64,000 bases of DNA from Tortispora ganteri. Taxonomy: Eukaryota. Location of the stretch: positions 248,001 to 312,000 of the forward strand of contig PPNB01000007.1 in NCBI GenBank assembly GCA_003707115.1, written 5' to 3'. The translations under genes and the position numbers were made by a program. Below the pieces are notes generated by a model. It did not search any database, was not told the DNA's origin, and saw only the letters and a list, made by a program, of their open reading frames with translations. Shown piece after piece: positions 20,301-28,478 of this stretch. Position 1 is the stretch's first letter. Each line of letters starts with the position of its first letter.

Positions 20301-21371
20301 AGAGTGCAATAGCTCGTCGTCAACTGAAACCTCAATATATTGTTGTAGAGGATTTTCAGTCTCAGTTTCAGCAGGTTTTTCTTGAGTAGAAAAATGCAGG
20401 TGTGGCAGTATTTTAGTGCAATATTGCAGGTATTCAGATATAACCGTAGAGGAAGCGTCAGTAAATGTAGAGTTAGTGCTGGTCTTCCTTGCAGATCGTA
20501 CTTCTGCAGCGCCGCGCCTATATAGCTCGCTGAGTCGACGATACAGCGCAAACCAAGCAGCTATCTCGGCCTGCATACTGTTCTCAGAAATAGCACAGGC
20601 TGAAAGAGAAATTTCAGCGCCACTAAAAGACAGATCAAGTGTCACTTTTGTGCATCCGTCGGGGAGGAGGTCCACGGAGCGGGATATGGCAGCCTTCAAC
20701 GAGTACATGAGCGCATAGCACTTGAGACGCCATATTTGGTGATGGTCAATGTAGAAGGAGGCCAGCGCGGCCGAATGGTAGTCATTGCCAATGCCGCCGG
20801 GTAGCAAAGCAGCCACACCGTAGCGACGGCCAAGTTTTCTGAGCGCCAGCAACAGTTTCGCAGCTGCTAGCAGGATAGCGACATGGGGTGAGGGATCCGA
20901 AGAGACAACAACGATCGGACTCGGAGATCGAGCATAGTCTATGGGACAAGAAATTTGCGCAATATAAACGGCTGAGGCGGGATCATACTTGATAGAGGTT
21001 GTGGGATGGAACCCGCATGTCGACTGCAAGAAGTCTATAAGATGTTCTGGGCCGGGGATAGCGTAGTGGTATGCGAACTTCCCCGGTTGGTACTTGTATG
21101 TGCATTTCATGTGTTCTAATGCCTCATAGTAAAGTCTGAGCGTGAATGCCGCATAGGAGGGCAACGGGGGAAGAGGGACATCGAAGGAGACGGAGTCTGA
21201 TGTAAAATGCGAATGGAGGTTCGTCAGTCCAACGTTGTATGATGCGAGAGTGGAATTTTTAAATTCTAAGAACGGTGAGGTCTTTGCTACATTGAATGAA
21301 AAATGTTTTAATCGCGATTTGCTTGACAGGGTTGCATAAAGACGACATAATAACTGTCGTCTTTGCAACAT
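17331..21371 (-). CDS. DEAH/RHA-family RNA helicase homologue (DHX30/DHX36/DHX9-like), probably mitochondrial, with degenerate motifs II and III
   Basis: GPPGSGKTTQVP, PRR, TYGIL, ILVFLPG, STDIAESSITIP, QRAGRVGRV, HA2/OB-like tail (LAAMYPNVA); ATG at 21371 gives MLQRRQLLCRLYAT. Confidence 0.85.
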   Translation of the reverse strand: MLQRRQLLCRLYATLSSKSRLKHFSFNVAKTSPFLEFKNSTLASYNVGLTNLHSHFTSDSVSFDVPLPPLPSYAAFTLRLYYEALEHMKCTYKYQPGKFAYHYAIPGPEHLIDFLQSTCGFHPTTSIKYDPASAVYIAQISCPIDYARSPSPIVVVSSDPSPHVAILLAAAKLLLALRKLGRRYGVAALLPGGIGNDYHSAALASFYIDHHQIWRLKCYALMYSLKAAISRSVDLLPDGCTKVTLDLSFSGAEISLSACAISENSMQAEIAAWFALYRRLSELYRRGAAEVRSARKTSTNSTFTDASSTVISEYLQYCTKILPHLHFSTQEKPAETETENPLQQYIEVSVDDELLHSFVRFPEEENNTKLANLIIANYLSTNYPQTWHDFKESAFANGHPAFPAPQITIDFSLSGSSTRREVRHILQDSAMSEQFPGGKKKAKPFPQPLFVAPPADTYVRYVLRFSDFNSRSRNQHLYNELRTYKPPSDAGLNVSWSKTGKKKSAVNEMLSCVHSSSVSIIEGPPGSGKTTQVPLLILKEWANESLGAHCNIICAAPRRNAVTAAYSRLKYYFSLYKDKLPVGYFMHWDQDLAKESGSINFMTYGILRNMLAFAIKEIEQGAQDPLSEISHIILDDFYSRNLEQDTVLTLTSRYLSLRFKSSLRQSKGKKFDPKLFRLVIMGANVDKSLIKDEFRFIRDIPEFTIQKPMFDVSKFFLEDYIDDLVKHDIGGLIKSNIQGLKELKNHEILSGHTLSRNKQPAFLSSDPVAFMCSNRAYTTMQNIAASLILHIIKTTSKGSILVFLPGIREINTVYSAVTSAINASKNEVISNVKFHLLHSRYGIDPSIFLEDHGSRHVYLSTDIAESSITIPDLEYIIDSGLRNAPCHSNESHVNQNVLEWVSKSSVEQRAGRVGRVRPGKYYALFSGHRYSKLPDRPVPESERGDVSSLWFTARRLSDNFDISTNFMRRLPSPPSYKAIEESRKYLERSGLIAKSKSNADMLTLSGQMCFVLSLDPWASSLILHGLTFNCLDPMLVLIAANGGKRMFDDGVEITRSMYFNRRLKALTSFSAQNDSDFYAIINAFNHWRRVYRLEGPTFAREFSLRHGINDNEMLRIYDESRKIYDILVRRLNIPNGNAGLPREMLKLYKSQDPKLGGYTLNTNSSKPGLLKNIFLAAMYPNVAIADEDGTFSTSWMTGIRISDSSILGNGLQSPLSNSLISRGFQKGNLVTYNRCSQFGRDLYVIEDVSLASPAALGLFAFDVQRNEKELIIDNWLTLRLPERQAETIMKLRYLWAMAKDIRLKNFLKIYVKESHSEAAIPFCESIAHILAQENPIRKDFVFRNKV

Positions 21372-21674
21372 CAAATAGCGGAAAAGCTTGGTGTGGTTGC
21401 TGTTGAAGTTACAAAAGTCAATCTACGTGGGAGGAGGAGGCAATGCCACAGAGTCAAACAGCGAGATGCCTATCTTTTTGCCATTCATTAAAAAAAAAAA
21501 AGGGGTAAAAAAAGAACAGTAGCTGGTCCTGGGCAAGAGACCGATGAGTACTGGCTAGGTCGGTTTGTCGAATAAAAATAAAGGACAAAAGTATGTGCGT
21601 TGTGCGTAGTGCGTTGAGTCATCTGGAGCGGGAGAGTTGCAATAAGTCGTGAGTCAGCTCTTTTAATGAGTACT

Positions 21675-22124
21675 TCATTTCTTCTTCTTCGGACCCAAAG
21701 GTTCGCCAATATCTTTGCCACGCAGCTTCACGCCAAGAGCACGTTCCATTTTCATTAGCACCTGTTGGTTAGGCACGGCACGGCCCGCTTCGTAGTCATT
21801 GACGACAGTCTGCTTCTCGTTGATTCGGGTGGCCAGATCCTTTTGGGTGAATTTCTTTTCTTGACGAGCGCGTGAAATGACTTTGCCGACAGACATATCA
21901 AGCTTAGCCGGCGGTGCGACCTCATTCTCTCTATCTAACTTGGCCAATCGCTGACCCTCCATGTTGCCGCCTTTGTTAGTGCCACCGGCGAACTTCTTGT
22001 CTACGGAGACAACAGCACCCGCACGGCGCGCAGCATTCACCTCCGCGTTCGTACGTGCAGTAGCAACTCGGTTAGCATTAGCGCGCTGCCCAATTACAGT
22101 AACGGTATCCCAGTCTGACGACAT
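21675..22124 (-). CDS. MBF1: Multiprotein bridging factor 1
   Basis: [45 protein letters not shown]. Confidence 0.97.
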   Translation of the reverse strand: MSSDWDTVTVIGQRANANRVATARTNAEVNAARRAGAVVSVDKKFAGGTNKGGNMEGQRLAKLDRENEVAPPAKLDMSVGKVISRARQEKKFTQKDLATRINEKQTVVNDYEAGRAVPNQQVLMKMERALGVKLRGKDIGEPLGPKKKK

Positions 22125-22332
22125 TCTATGATGGTTGGCTGGTGTGAGTGTGGAAGGAGAGTTGGGAGAACCCTATAGAAGAGCGTGATCACTTAATATA
22201 AACGTCCTACTTTACCCCGGGAGGTCGAGTGGGGCTCGCAATATATAGGGTTAACAGGGTTTAAATATATAGTGTATCTGATTCATACTGATTTATAGAT
22301 TATGTAAGAAGACGGTTGCAGTTTCGTCGTGG

Positions 22333-23730
22333 CTAGGCTTCGGATTCGAGGATTTCAAGGATAATAGTTTCGTAGTCGATTACTGCCTGTATGAGCGACG
22401 CCTTTGTGATGTGTTCTGACGGCTTGCCGATATTGGTAGGATCACCAGGCCCATACATAATCCGCTTAAATTCGCTGCCCTTGGAATGAAACGCATGGAT
22501 GTCGGATATGCCAGAGAATACAGTCTTTGTGAACCCTGTAAGCGTTGATTCGAGTTGCTGTAGAGGGTACGCTCGACGGAAGATCATCGACACTTCTGGA
22601 ATACTGTCTACGACCCTTCTGATCGTGTTAACTGCGTTCGGGAAGTGTTTGGGCACTCTGATCGCAATTGTCGCATTGGCCTCACAAGGAACAGTGTCCT
22701 CAGTGGCTCCGGTGCGCAGATCCATGATATTCATTGCTGGAATCTTTGCACCATCGGAGTGCCAGGAGAACTTTTTCGAGAGCATAAACAGGGCCTCGAG
22801 TAGCGTGGACGAGGCCGATTTGTAAGTTGAAGGGCGCTGTGAGTTTACTTGAGCTGTTCTGGCAAGGCTGAATGGTTTGAAATCAGCGTCTACGAGCGCT
22901 GCGTGGCCACATTTACCGCGCGATTTCAACACGCCAATGATCAAGCCTGAGAGTTTCGACACGAGGTTATTGTCTGTTGGTTCGCCATGTATTACTGCAT
23001 GGATACGCGACGCATTAAAATATCGGGTATAGAAAGATTCAGCAGGGATCGTACTTGTTCCGTCACCAGCGAGGATGACCATGGCGACGTCGTCAGCAGA
23101 AACTTTGCCGCTCTCAATGAGTTGTGACATTGAGATAAATTGCGAGGCGATGATCGACTTGAAAGATGCTGAACCGGAGCCGTATATTTTGTCGACGCCG
23201 AGTTTGTATGGTACAGTACCTGGGAGAGACGAGAAGGGTAGAGCATAGGGATCTAATCTGGCTGAAGTGTCGCCTATGTGTGATACCAGTAGCACTTTGG
23301 GTACAGTATCCGGATTCTTGCGTATATAGAGGTTAGAAGTGCCTGTACTGTTGTACGGATCAAGTTCCAGGGCTTCATGGTCAAGCACGCCGAGTGTGTG
23401 CGGCGATCTAGCGACGTTCGTGATGGTGGTAGAGAACCCGAGGTTCTTAGCGTAGGCGTCGACGAGGTTTATGGTTGACGAGAGCTCAGAGTCGCGCTCC
23501 TGGACGCCAATCTCAATGAGTGCCTGGTGGAAGCTAAGCAGGGCACTCGTTTTGCCATGCAGTTGGTCAACCCTCGGTGTGTTGACCGAATAGACCGAGT
23601 ACGTAGAAAGGAATGAGTCGTACGGCTTGAGATAGTCTGGTATGATAGAGAAGTTTTGATCTGTATACTGGGCAGTTGCCCGGCTCAGTAATAGCAGCAA
23701 TAGAGGCTGCAAAAACAGATGCATCGTCAC
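22333..23730 (-). CDS. Secreted M20 peptidase/ArgE-like homologue with degenerate metal-binding site
   Basis: Signal peptide (LFLQPLLLLLLSRATA); VLLVSH, IYGSGS, GEPT, GKCGHA, VPCEA, SD, YGPG segments in M20 order. Confidence 0.78.
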   Translation of the reverse strand: MTMHLFLQPLLLLLLSRATAQYTDQNFSIIPDYLKPYDSFLSTYSVYSVNTPRVDQLHGKTSALLSFHQALIEIGVQERDSELSSTINLVDAYAKNLGFSTTITNVARSPHTLGVLDHEALELDPYNSTGTSNLYIRKNPDTVPKVLLVSHIGDTSARLDPYALPFSSLPGTVPYKLGVDKIYGSGSASFKSIIASQFISMSQLIESGKVSADDVAMVILAGDGTSTIPAESFYTRYFNASRIHAVIHGEPTDNNLVSKLSGLIIGVLKSRGKCGHAALVDADFKPFSLARTAQVNSQRPSTYKSASSTLLEALFMLSKKFSWHSDGAKIPAMNIMDLRTGATEDTVPCEANATIAIRVPKHFPNAVNTIRRVVDSIPEVSMIFRRAYPLQQLESTLTGFTKTVFSGISDIHAFHSKGSEFKRIMYGPGDPTNIGKPSEHITKASLIQAVIDYETIILEILESEA

Positions 23731-23897
23731 TACTGGTAGAAGAAGAGTCAGTAATTTGTGTGCAATTGAGGTGTAGAGCTGAGCAGGGATGCATGCACGT
23801 ATAAGGGGTCTGTGATCTTGAGGGTCATTCTAAGGGTCTGCAGATACACATTCAGGGTCAAAACAAGAATGTAATTATGGTATTGAATATAAGATCG

Positions 23898-23940
23898 ATG
23901 TAAATAGTAGATGTAAATAGTAGAACAATGTAAATAGTAG
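23898..23940. repeat. Three copies of ATGTAAATAGTAG (23898-23910, 23911-23923, 23928-23940)
   Basis: Read directly from the sequence; AT-rich divergent promoter. Confidence 0.9.
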
Positions 23941-24185
23941 AACGATACAGAAACAAAAGAACGATATATGTTGGTGTAAATCAAATTGGTGTAATATATG
24001 TTATATATAACAATCACAATTAGCTAGTAATCTAACCAACAAAGTTACCCTGATTGTTCGTATATATTTATTATAAACATCTATAAAATTAATAATTAAA
24101 TGGATTTTATTCTATTTGATTGTTTAGATTGCTAAGTTGTGCAAGAAACAAAGAACTTTTAACTTTCGTCAAACTGACGACACAA

Positions 24186-25346
24186 ATGTCGTTGAAAGAG
24201 GTGCCCTGGAAAGATTATGAAGAATTCAATAACTTGCACGTGATTTTATTTGAGAATCGCGAATATGAACGTGGGCTAGCAATTTTGAACGATTGGAATA
24301 GCAGATGTCGACTACCAGTAGCTGTTGAGTCTACTTATGCCCTCGTATCCTGCTTTTGCTCTGAATCATATAATATGAAGTTCCAGCTAAGACTCTCATA
24401 CGCAATGACAATCGTAAGATTAGTGAACGGCATACTTGATCCAAGTCAAAAGGCTGAATTTGCTATACCGTTGTCAAAATTAGCACAGAATGTTGGTCTG
24501 CCATTGTCTCTCGTTGATCTACGGCACGAATGCTCGCACGAAGATCTTCCTACCCTATCGATGCTCAGAAGATGCGCCATTGATGCATTTGACTGGCTCG
24601 ACACTGCTTATTGGAAACCACTGCTAGAATCACTAAAACCAGAAGATTTTTCTGCGACAATAAAAGAACTCCTGCGAGAATACCGTCGGGTTAGACGTTC
24701 TGATCCAAATGAATCCTTTTTTAAAGACCAAACTTCAGAAACTCACATTAAATATAGCGCAATAGTCAAAGAGATAAACACATACCTTGGTCATCCTAGT
24801 CTCTTTGTTGCGTTATTGGACATGAAATCTCTAATGATAAAGCCAACAGACCAAGCTTTCTTACTCTACGATCCCCTCTTGCGGTCGCTTTATTACTCAA
24901 ACTGCGACTTTATATCTGCCCTGGCACTCGAAATGATAGATCGTCTTGACTCAAAGGATATAGACAACTCAATAATTGTAGAGTGGATCTCTCATTTCAT
25001 CAACAAAGCGGCGCCTCCTAACACAAACATCGACCTTTCTAAATCCGAAACCTATTTTTGGACTATTGACTCTCATTTAATCGCCAGGACGCTTTCCTTG
25101 CGCATGGACAAAAACTTAATTGGTCTGCTATCTGATATTCAAAACCTCGATCCTACCGTTAACACTACCGATATCATCAATGCGATCAATCTTTTACACA
25201 TGTCTACAACTTCTAATGGCAACGATATCGATGGTACAAATGAAAGCGAAAAGCTGCTAAATTCATTAAAATCTCAAGAAGTAGGATGGATACCCATACC
25301 TTTTGGTCAGGTAGCTCCTACATCAACATTGCATATGCAAGACTGA
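24186..25346 (+). CDS. LAS1: Las1 HEPN endoribonuclease (ITS2 C2 cleavage)
   Basis: VPW, LPVAVEST, YAMTIVRLVNGILD, LAQNVGLP, VDLRHECSHEDLP (RxxxxH intact), C-terminal WIPIPFG. Confidence 0.92.
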   Translation: MSLKEVPWKDYEEFNNLHVILFENREYERGLAILNDWNSRCRLPVAVESTYALVSCFCSESYNMKFQLRLSYAMTIVRLVNGILDPSQKAEFAIPLSKLAQNVGLPLSLVDLRHECSHEDLPTLSMLRRCAIDAFDWLDTAYWKPLLESLKPEDFSATIKELLREYRRVRRSDPNESFFKDQTSETHIKYSAIVKEINTYLGHPSLFVALLDMKSLMIKPTDQAFLLYDPLLRSLYYSNCDFISALALEMIDRLDSKDIDNSIIVEWISHFINKAAPPNTNIDLSKSETYFWTIDSHLIARTLSLRMDKNLIGLLSDIQNLDPTVNTTDIINAINLLHMSTTSNGNDIDGTNESEKLLNSLKSQEVGWIPIPFGQVAPTSTLHMQD

Positions 25347-25405
25347 TAAAATTATTCTTTTGGACCCCATATATGGCATAGCCGTGTCGTTTTAGCGCTA
25401 TTCCT

Positions 25406-26839
25406 CTAACCTGCCAACGACAGCAACGGAATAGAAGCACCTAAACACCAGCCTAGCTCGTTCTCTTTAATCTTTTTGGCTATCTTAACCTCTCTATTCA
25501 ACGGTAAATCGTAGCCTGTGTGTAGAATTGCGTAAATGAAGTTCAGGTCAAGGCACCATTCAGGCCCTTCTTCCAGCTCTGCCACAGCTCCTTCAATTGA
25601 TCCAAATGTGGACCAGGAATCTTTTCCAAGACACACAGTAGAAGTGAGATCTCTCAGCTCTGCAATAGTAAAAGATTGTGGCATACCAAGAGGCGAAGTT
25701 CGGTCGTAGAAGTAGGAGAAAATGTATATGTCGGAGTCTTCAGGGAAGGCGTCCGAAATAGAAGGCTGATGAATACCGTTAAATGAACAGGGACCTACTG
25801 GACAATGCGCGTCTTTTTTCAGTATGTTTTCAGCTATTGATCGGCACTGCGCAGAGCTGGCAATGTCTGGCCCAATCATAGAAACAGACACTTTCTCTTT
25901 AGCGGAACCAATATCCACCAACTTTTCTACCTTTGGAGGTAAGCAAGGATTGACAATATTATTAAGTTGTCCAACACTTTCCGAGTTCTTCTTCGCTGCA
26001 GAGTAAACAGATTCAAAGACTTTCTTCCTAGCTTCCATTAGACCGTAGCCCAGATGCGAATGCTGATACAGTACGTAAGATTTTCCGGCAAATGTCAGCT
26101 CGTATTTATGCTTCGGATCGGCAATATGGTCAGGATGACTAGGCTCAAAGACTACCTGCGTTGATCCACCACCCAAATCAAACACAGCGGCGGTCTGCGA
26201 CCGGGAGTTCATGCCAATGTTGCCCAGTAAGTAGTTGGTGGTAATCCAAGCGTATACGCCTTCGTCGGCACCATCCATGATAGAGACAGCATTCTCAGGA
26301 AGGATGAAAGGATATTCACGCAAATAAGACTCTACAGCTTTCAGGATTTCTGCAGATTTTGTCTCGCCCAGAAGTCGGAGACCTGCAGTCGCTTTCACGG
26401 AGATCGGCGTCAAACTTTGTCTGTTAGAGGGAATAGCAGCTATCGCCACGTCTAAAAGGGGCTTGAGTGACATAGCCGCGCCTTTGGGATCGTCAGGGAA
26501 GCTGCTGAGTCCCGGTTTCAGCATTTCGAAAGTTTCGTTGACCAGTTCAGGAGATGGTCCGCAAACGGCGAAGTCGTAGACGTGAACGCGGGATCCCGTT
26601 GAACCTGCATCTATCATTACAACGTATCTTCTATTTGGACAATCGGCCGGTTTGGTTTTGGCGACATTCGTGGGCACATTCATGTGAGAGGGCCATAGTC
26701 TGAAGAAAAACGCCAATAATGCGATAAAAGCGAGACATGTTAAAGCTATGCGTAACATTCTGGGACGTGTAGACGGAGGCCGCATGTACGCATTTCTTCC
26801 ATGAATTTGGGATCTAGAATGAGCAAAATTCGAGTCCAT
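25406..26839 (-). CDS. GDA1: Golgi guanosine diphosphatase (GDA1/CD39 family)
   Basis: IDAGSTGSRVHVY, KATAGLR, DEGVYAW, DLGGGSTQ, ELGWCLGAS; N-terminal TM helix. Confidence 0.95.
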   Translation of the reverse strand: MDSNFAHSRSQIHGRNAYMRPPSTRPRMLRIALTCLAFIALLAFFFRLWPSHMNVPTNVAKTKPADCPNRRYVVMIDAGSTGSRVHVYDFAVCGPSPELVNETFEMLKPGLSSFPDDPKGAAMSLKPLLDVAIAAIPSNRQSLTPISVKATAGLRLLGETKSAEILKAVESYLREYPFILPENAVSIMDGADEGVYAWITTNYLLGNIGMNSRSQTAAVFDLGGGSTQVVFEPSHPDHIADPKHKYELTFAGKSYVLYQHSHLGYGLMEARKKVFESVYSAAKKNSESVGQLNNIVNPCLPPKVEKLVDIGSAKEKVSVSMIGPDIASSAQCRSIAENILKKDAHCPVGPCSFNGIHQPSISDAFPEDSDIYIFSYFYDRTSPLGMPQSFTIAELRDLTSTVCLGKDSWSTFGSIEGAVAELEEGPEWCLDLNFIYAILHTGYDLPLNREVKIAKKIKENELGWCLGASIPLLSLAG

Positions 26840-27120
26840 TGCTGATCCCTCTGTTTTATCTCGTCCTTTTGAAGGGCCAAGAGCTTGTTATTATCAGAAA
26901 CTTAAGACACGTTAGTGTGTTTCTAAGACACCAAGGCCTATATGTTGGGTGGGACCCGACCACCCAAATCCATCACAGGCGCAAAATAGGAGAGAATTTA
27001 ACTAGTCGTTCCTTTGCCGCACTGAATACTACAATTTATCAATAATAAATAGTTACTTTTCGTCTTATAAAGAGTAAGAAAAAACCAGCCACATCAATAT
27101 GATCGGCATCGCACTCTCCT

Positions 27121-27670
27121 CTAATGGTGTTCACCGTCTTTGAGGTGCTTCAAATGGGTCTGGTAAGCGTAAATGTATCCGAATCCAACCAAGCCGACAA
27201 GGAAATGAACAAACGGCTTACCAGAAGCGTTATCTCCGTCAAAATACTTTTGCTTGTACCATTTGAAAGGGTTCTTTGAAGGAGTTACTGCCGGTGCATT
27301 TCCGCGAGGTAATTGTTTATAGAAAGAAACAATGTTGGTCATTCTCTTAGCGTTCGGTGCAGCTCCAAGATTCTATATTTGTGCGTTAGTATACTAATCA
27401 AATCAATCAATCAATCATGGTGTTTTCCGCGCCTTCACTGAAATTTCAAGCACAAGCAGCCCAAAATGAACAATAAGTTCTCTGATAATTGCCGCAATTG
27501 CAGCTAGAGTCACCTGTAAGAGTCCGCAAGCCGGCCTGCTCGCTGGCAAATAGAACCCTAGTATTGTAACTTCGGAAGTGTCAAAACACTGAAAATTCTC
27601 TACTTACCTGTGCCGATGCTACCTTAGGAGGCACAAGAGACGACAATCCACGACGTGCGATGTAAGACAT
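27121..27670 (-). CDS. ATP17: Mitochondrial ATP synthase subunit f; two exons (27608-27670, 27121-27372)
   Basis: Spliced product MSYIARRGLSSLVPPKVASAQ|NLGAAPNAKRMTNIVSFYKQLPRG...YFDGDNASGKP...HLKH. Confidence 0.95.
27373..27607 (-). other. Spliceosomal intron in ATP17 (235 nt, phase 0)
   Basis: GTAAGT...TACTAACGCACAAATATAG; in-frame join of conserved ATP17 sequence. Confidence 0.93.
27418..27561 (-). ncRNA. Candidate intronic structured RNA, box H/ACA snoRNA-like
   Basis: Long hairpin (27504-27561) using G-U pairs only on the transcribed strand, then AGAGAA (ANANNA) at 27478-27483, a second weaker hairpin and ACA at 27421-27423. Confidence 0.4.
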
Positions 27671-27796
27671 TCTAATAAACTGAGCAAAATGTTCAAAATG
27701 ACCACTTTTTCCTCGTGTACAGGTAAACTCCGAGTCTGGCCGGGCGCCCGGGTGGTGGATGGGACTCGCTCACCCTGAGCAGCGAAAAATGAAGAC

Positions 27797-27810
27797 GTTA
27801 CTATAGCAAC
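27797..27810. promoter_or_regulatory. RFX X-box palindrome GTTACTATAGCAAC in the ATP17/NDUFS4 divergent promoter
   Basis: Matches GTTRCY-AT-RGYAAC. Confidence 0.55.
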
Positions 27811-27898
27811 TATTGACCACTCATTGACGTTGCATATTTTTGGCTTCTGTGATTCAGCTGTTCACTAGCTAGCCTTAGAATAATATACATTGTCAGAG

Positions 27899-28390
27899 AT
27901 GCTACGAGGATTAGTCAGACAACCGGCAAGGCTTAAACAATCGATTCGATTCTCTTCGAGCAAGATCACCACTGCTACCGTAGGCGAGCACGCCGTAGGA
28001 TCAGCCGCTGAGCCATCTACCACGCCCGCAGAGATTCTTTCAGGAGCACCAGAGGAACTGTCTACACGCCGCACGTGCCGTATATACCAGGAGACGAAAC
28101 CTGCTACGCAGAGTGGGACGTGGAGGGCGCAGCCATGGAGAATTGACTTCGACGTCGACGGACACAATCATAGATGGGAAAACGACATGATCGGCTGGCA
28201 GTCGACTGCCGATGTGGTACAGGCGCTGGAACTGAAGTTCAAGACTGAAGAGCAGGCGATCAACTTTGCCGAGTCTCAGGGCTGGACTTACTCTATTGCT
28301 GCCAAAGAGCCACAAATAATTAGAAAGAAAGAATATGCCACTAATTTCTTACACAGCAGAGGCCCCTTGAAGCATATTAGAACCAAGTAG
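27899..28390 (+). CDS. Respiratory complex I accessory subunit NDUFS4 (NUYM-like)
   Basis: SGAPEEL, RIYQETKPATQSG, WRIDFD, RWENDMIGWQS, AINFAESQGW, KEYATNF; presequence from ATG 27899. Confidence 0.93.
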   Translation: MLRGLVRQPARLKQSIRFSSSKITTATVGEHAVGSAAEPSTTPAEILSGAPEELSTRRTCRIYQETKPATQSGTWRAQPWRIDFDVDGHNHRWENDMIGWQSTADVVQALELKFKTEEQAINFAESQGWTYSIAAKEPQIIRKKEYATNFLHSRGPLKHIRTK

Positions 28391-28478
28391 GAGGAAAGGG
28401 GCAAACCACCGTGATGCACAACAAGGATAACAACTAGTGAACATCCGACTTTTCGTGTAAACGGCTTATATCTCTCAG

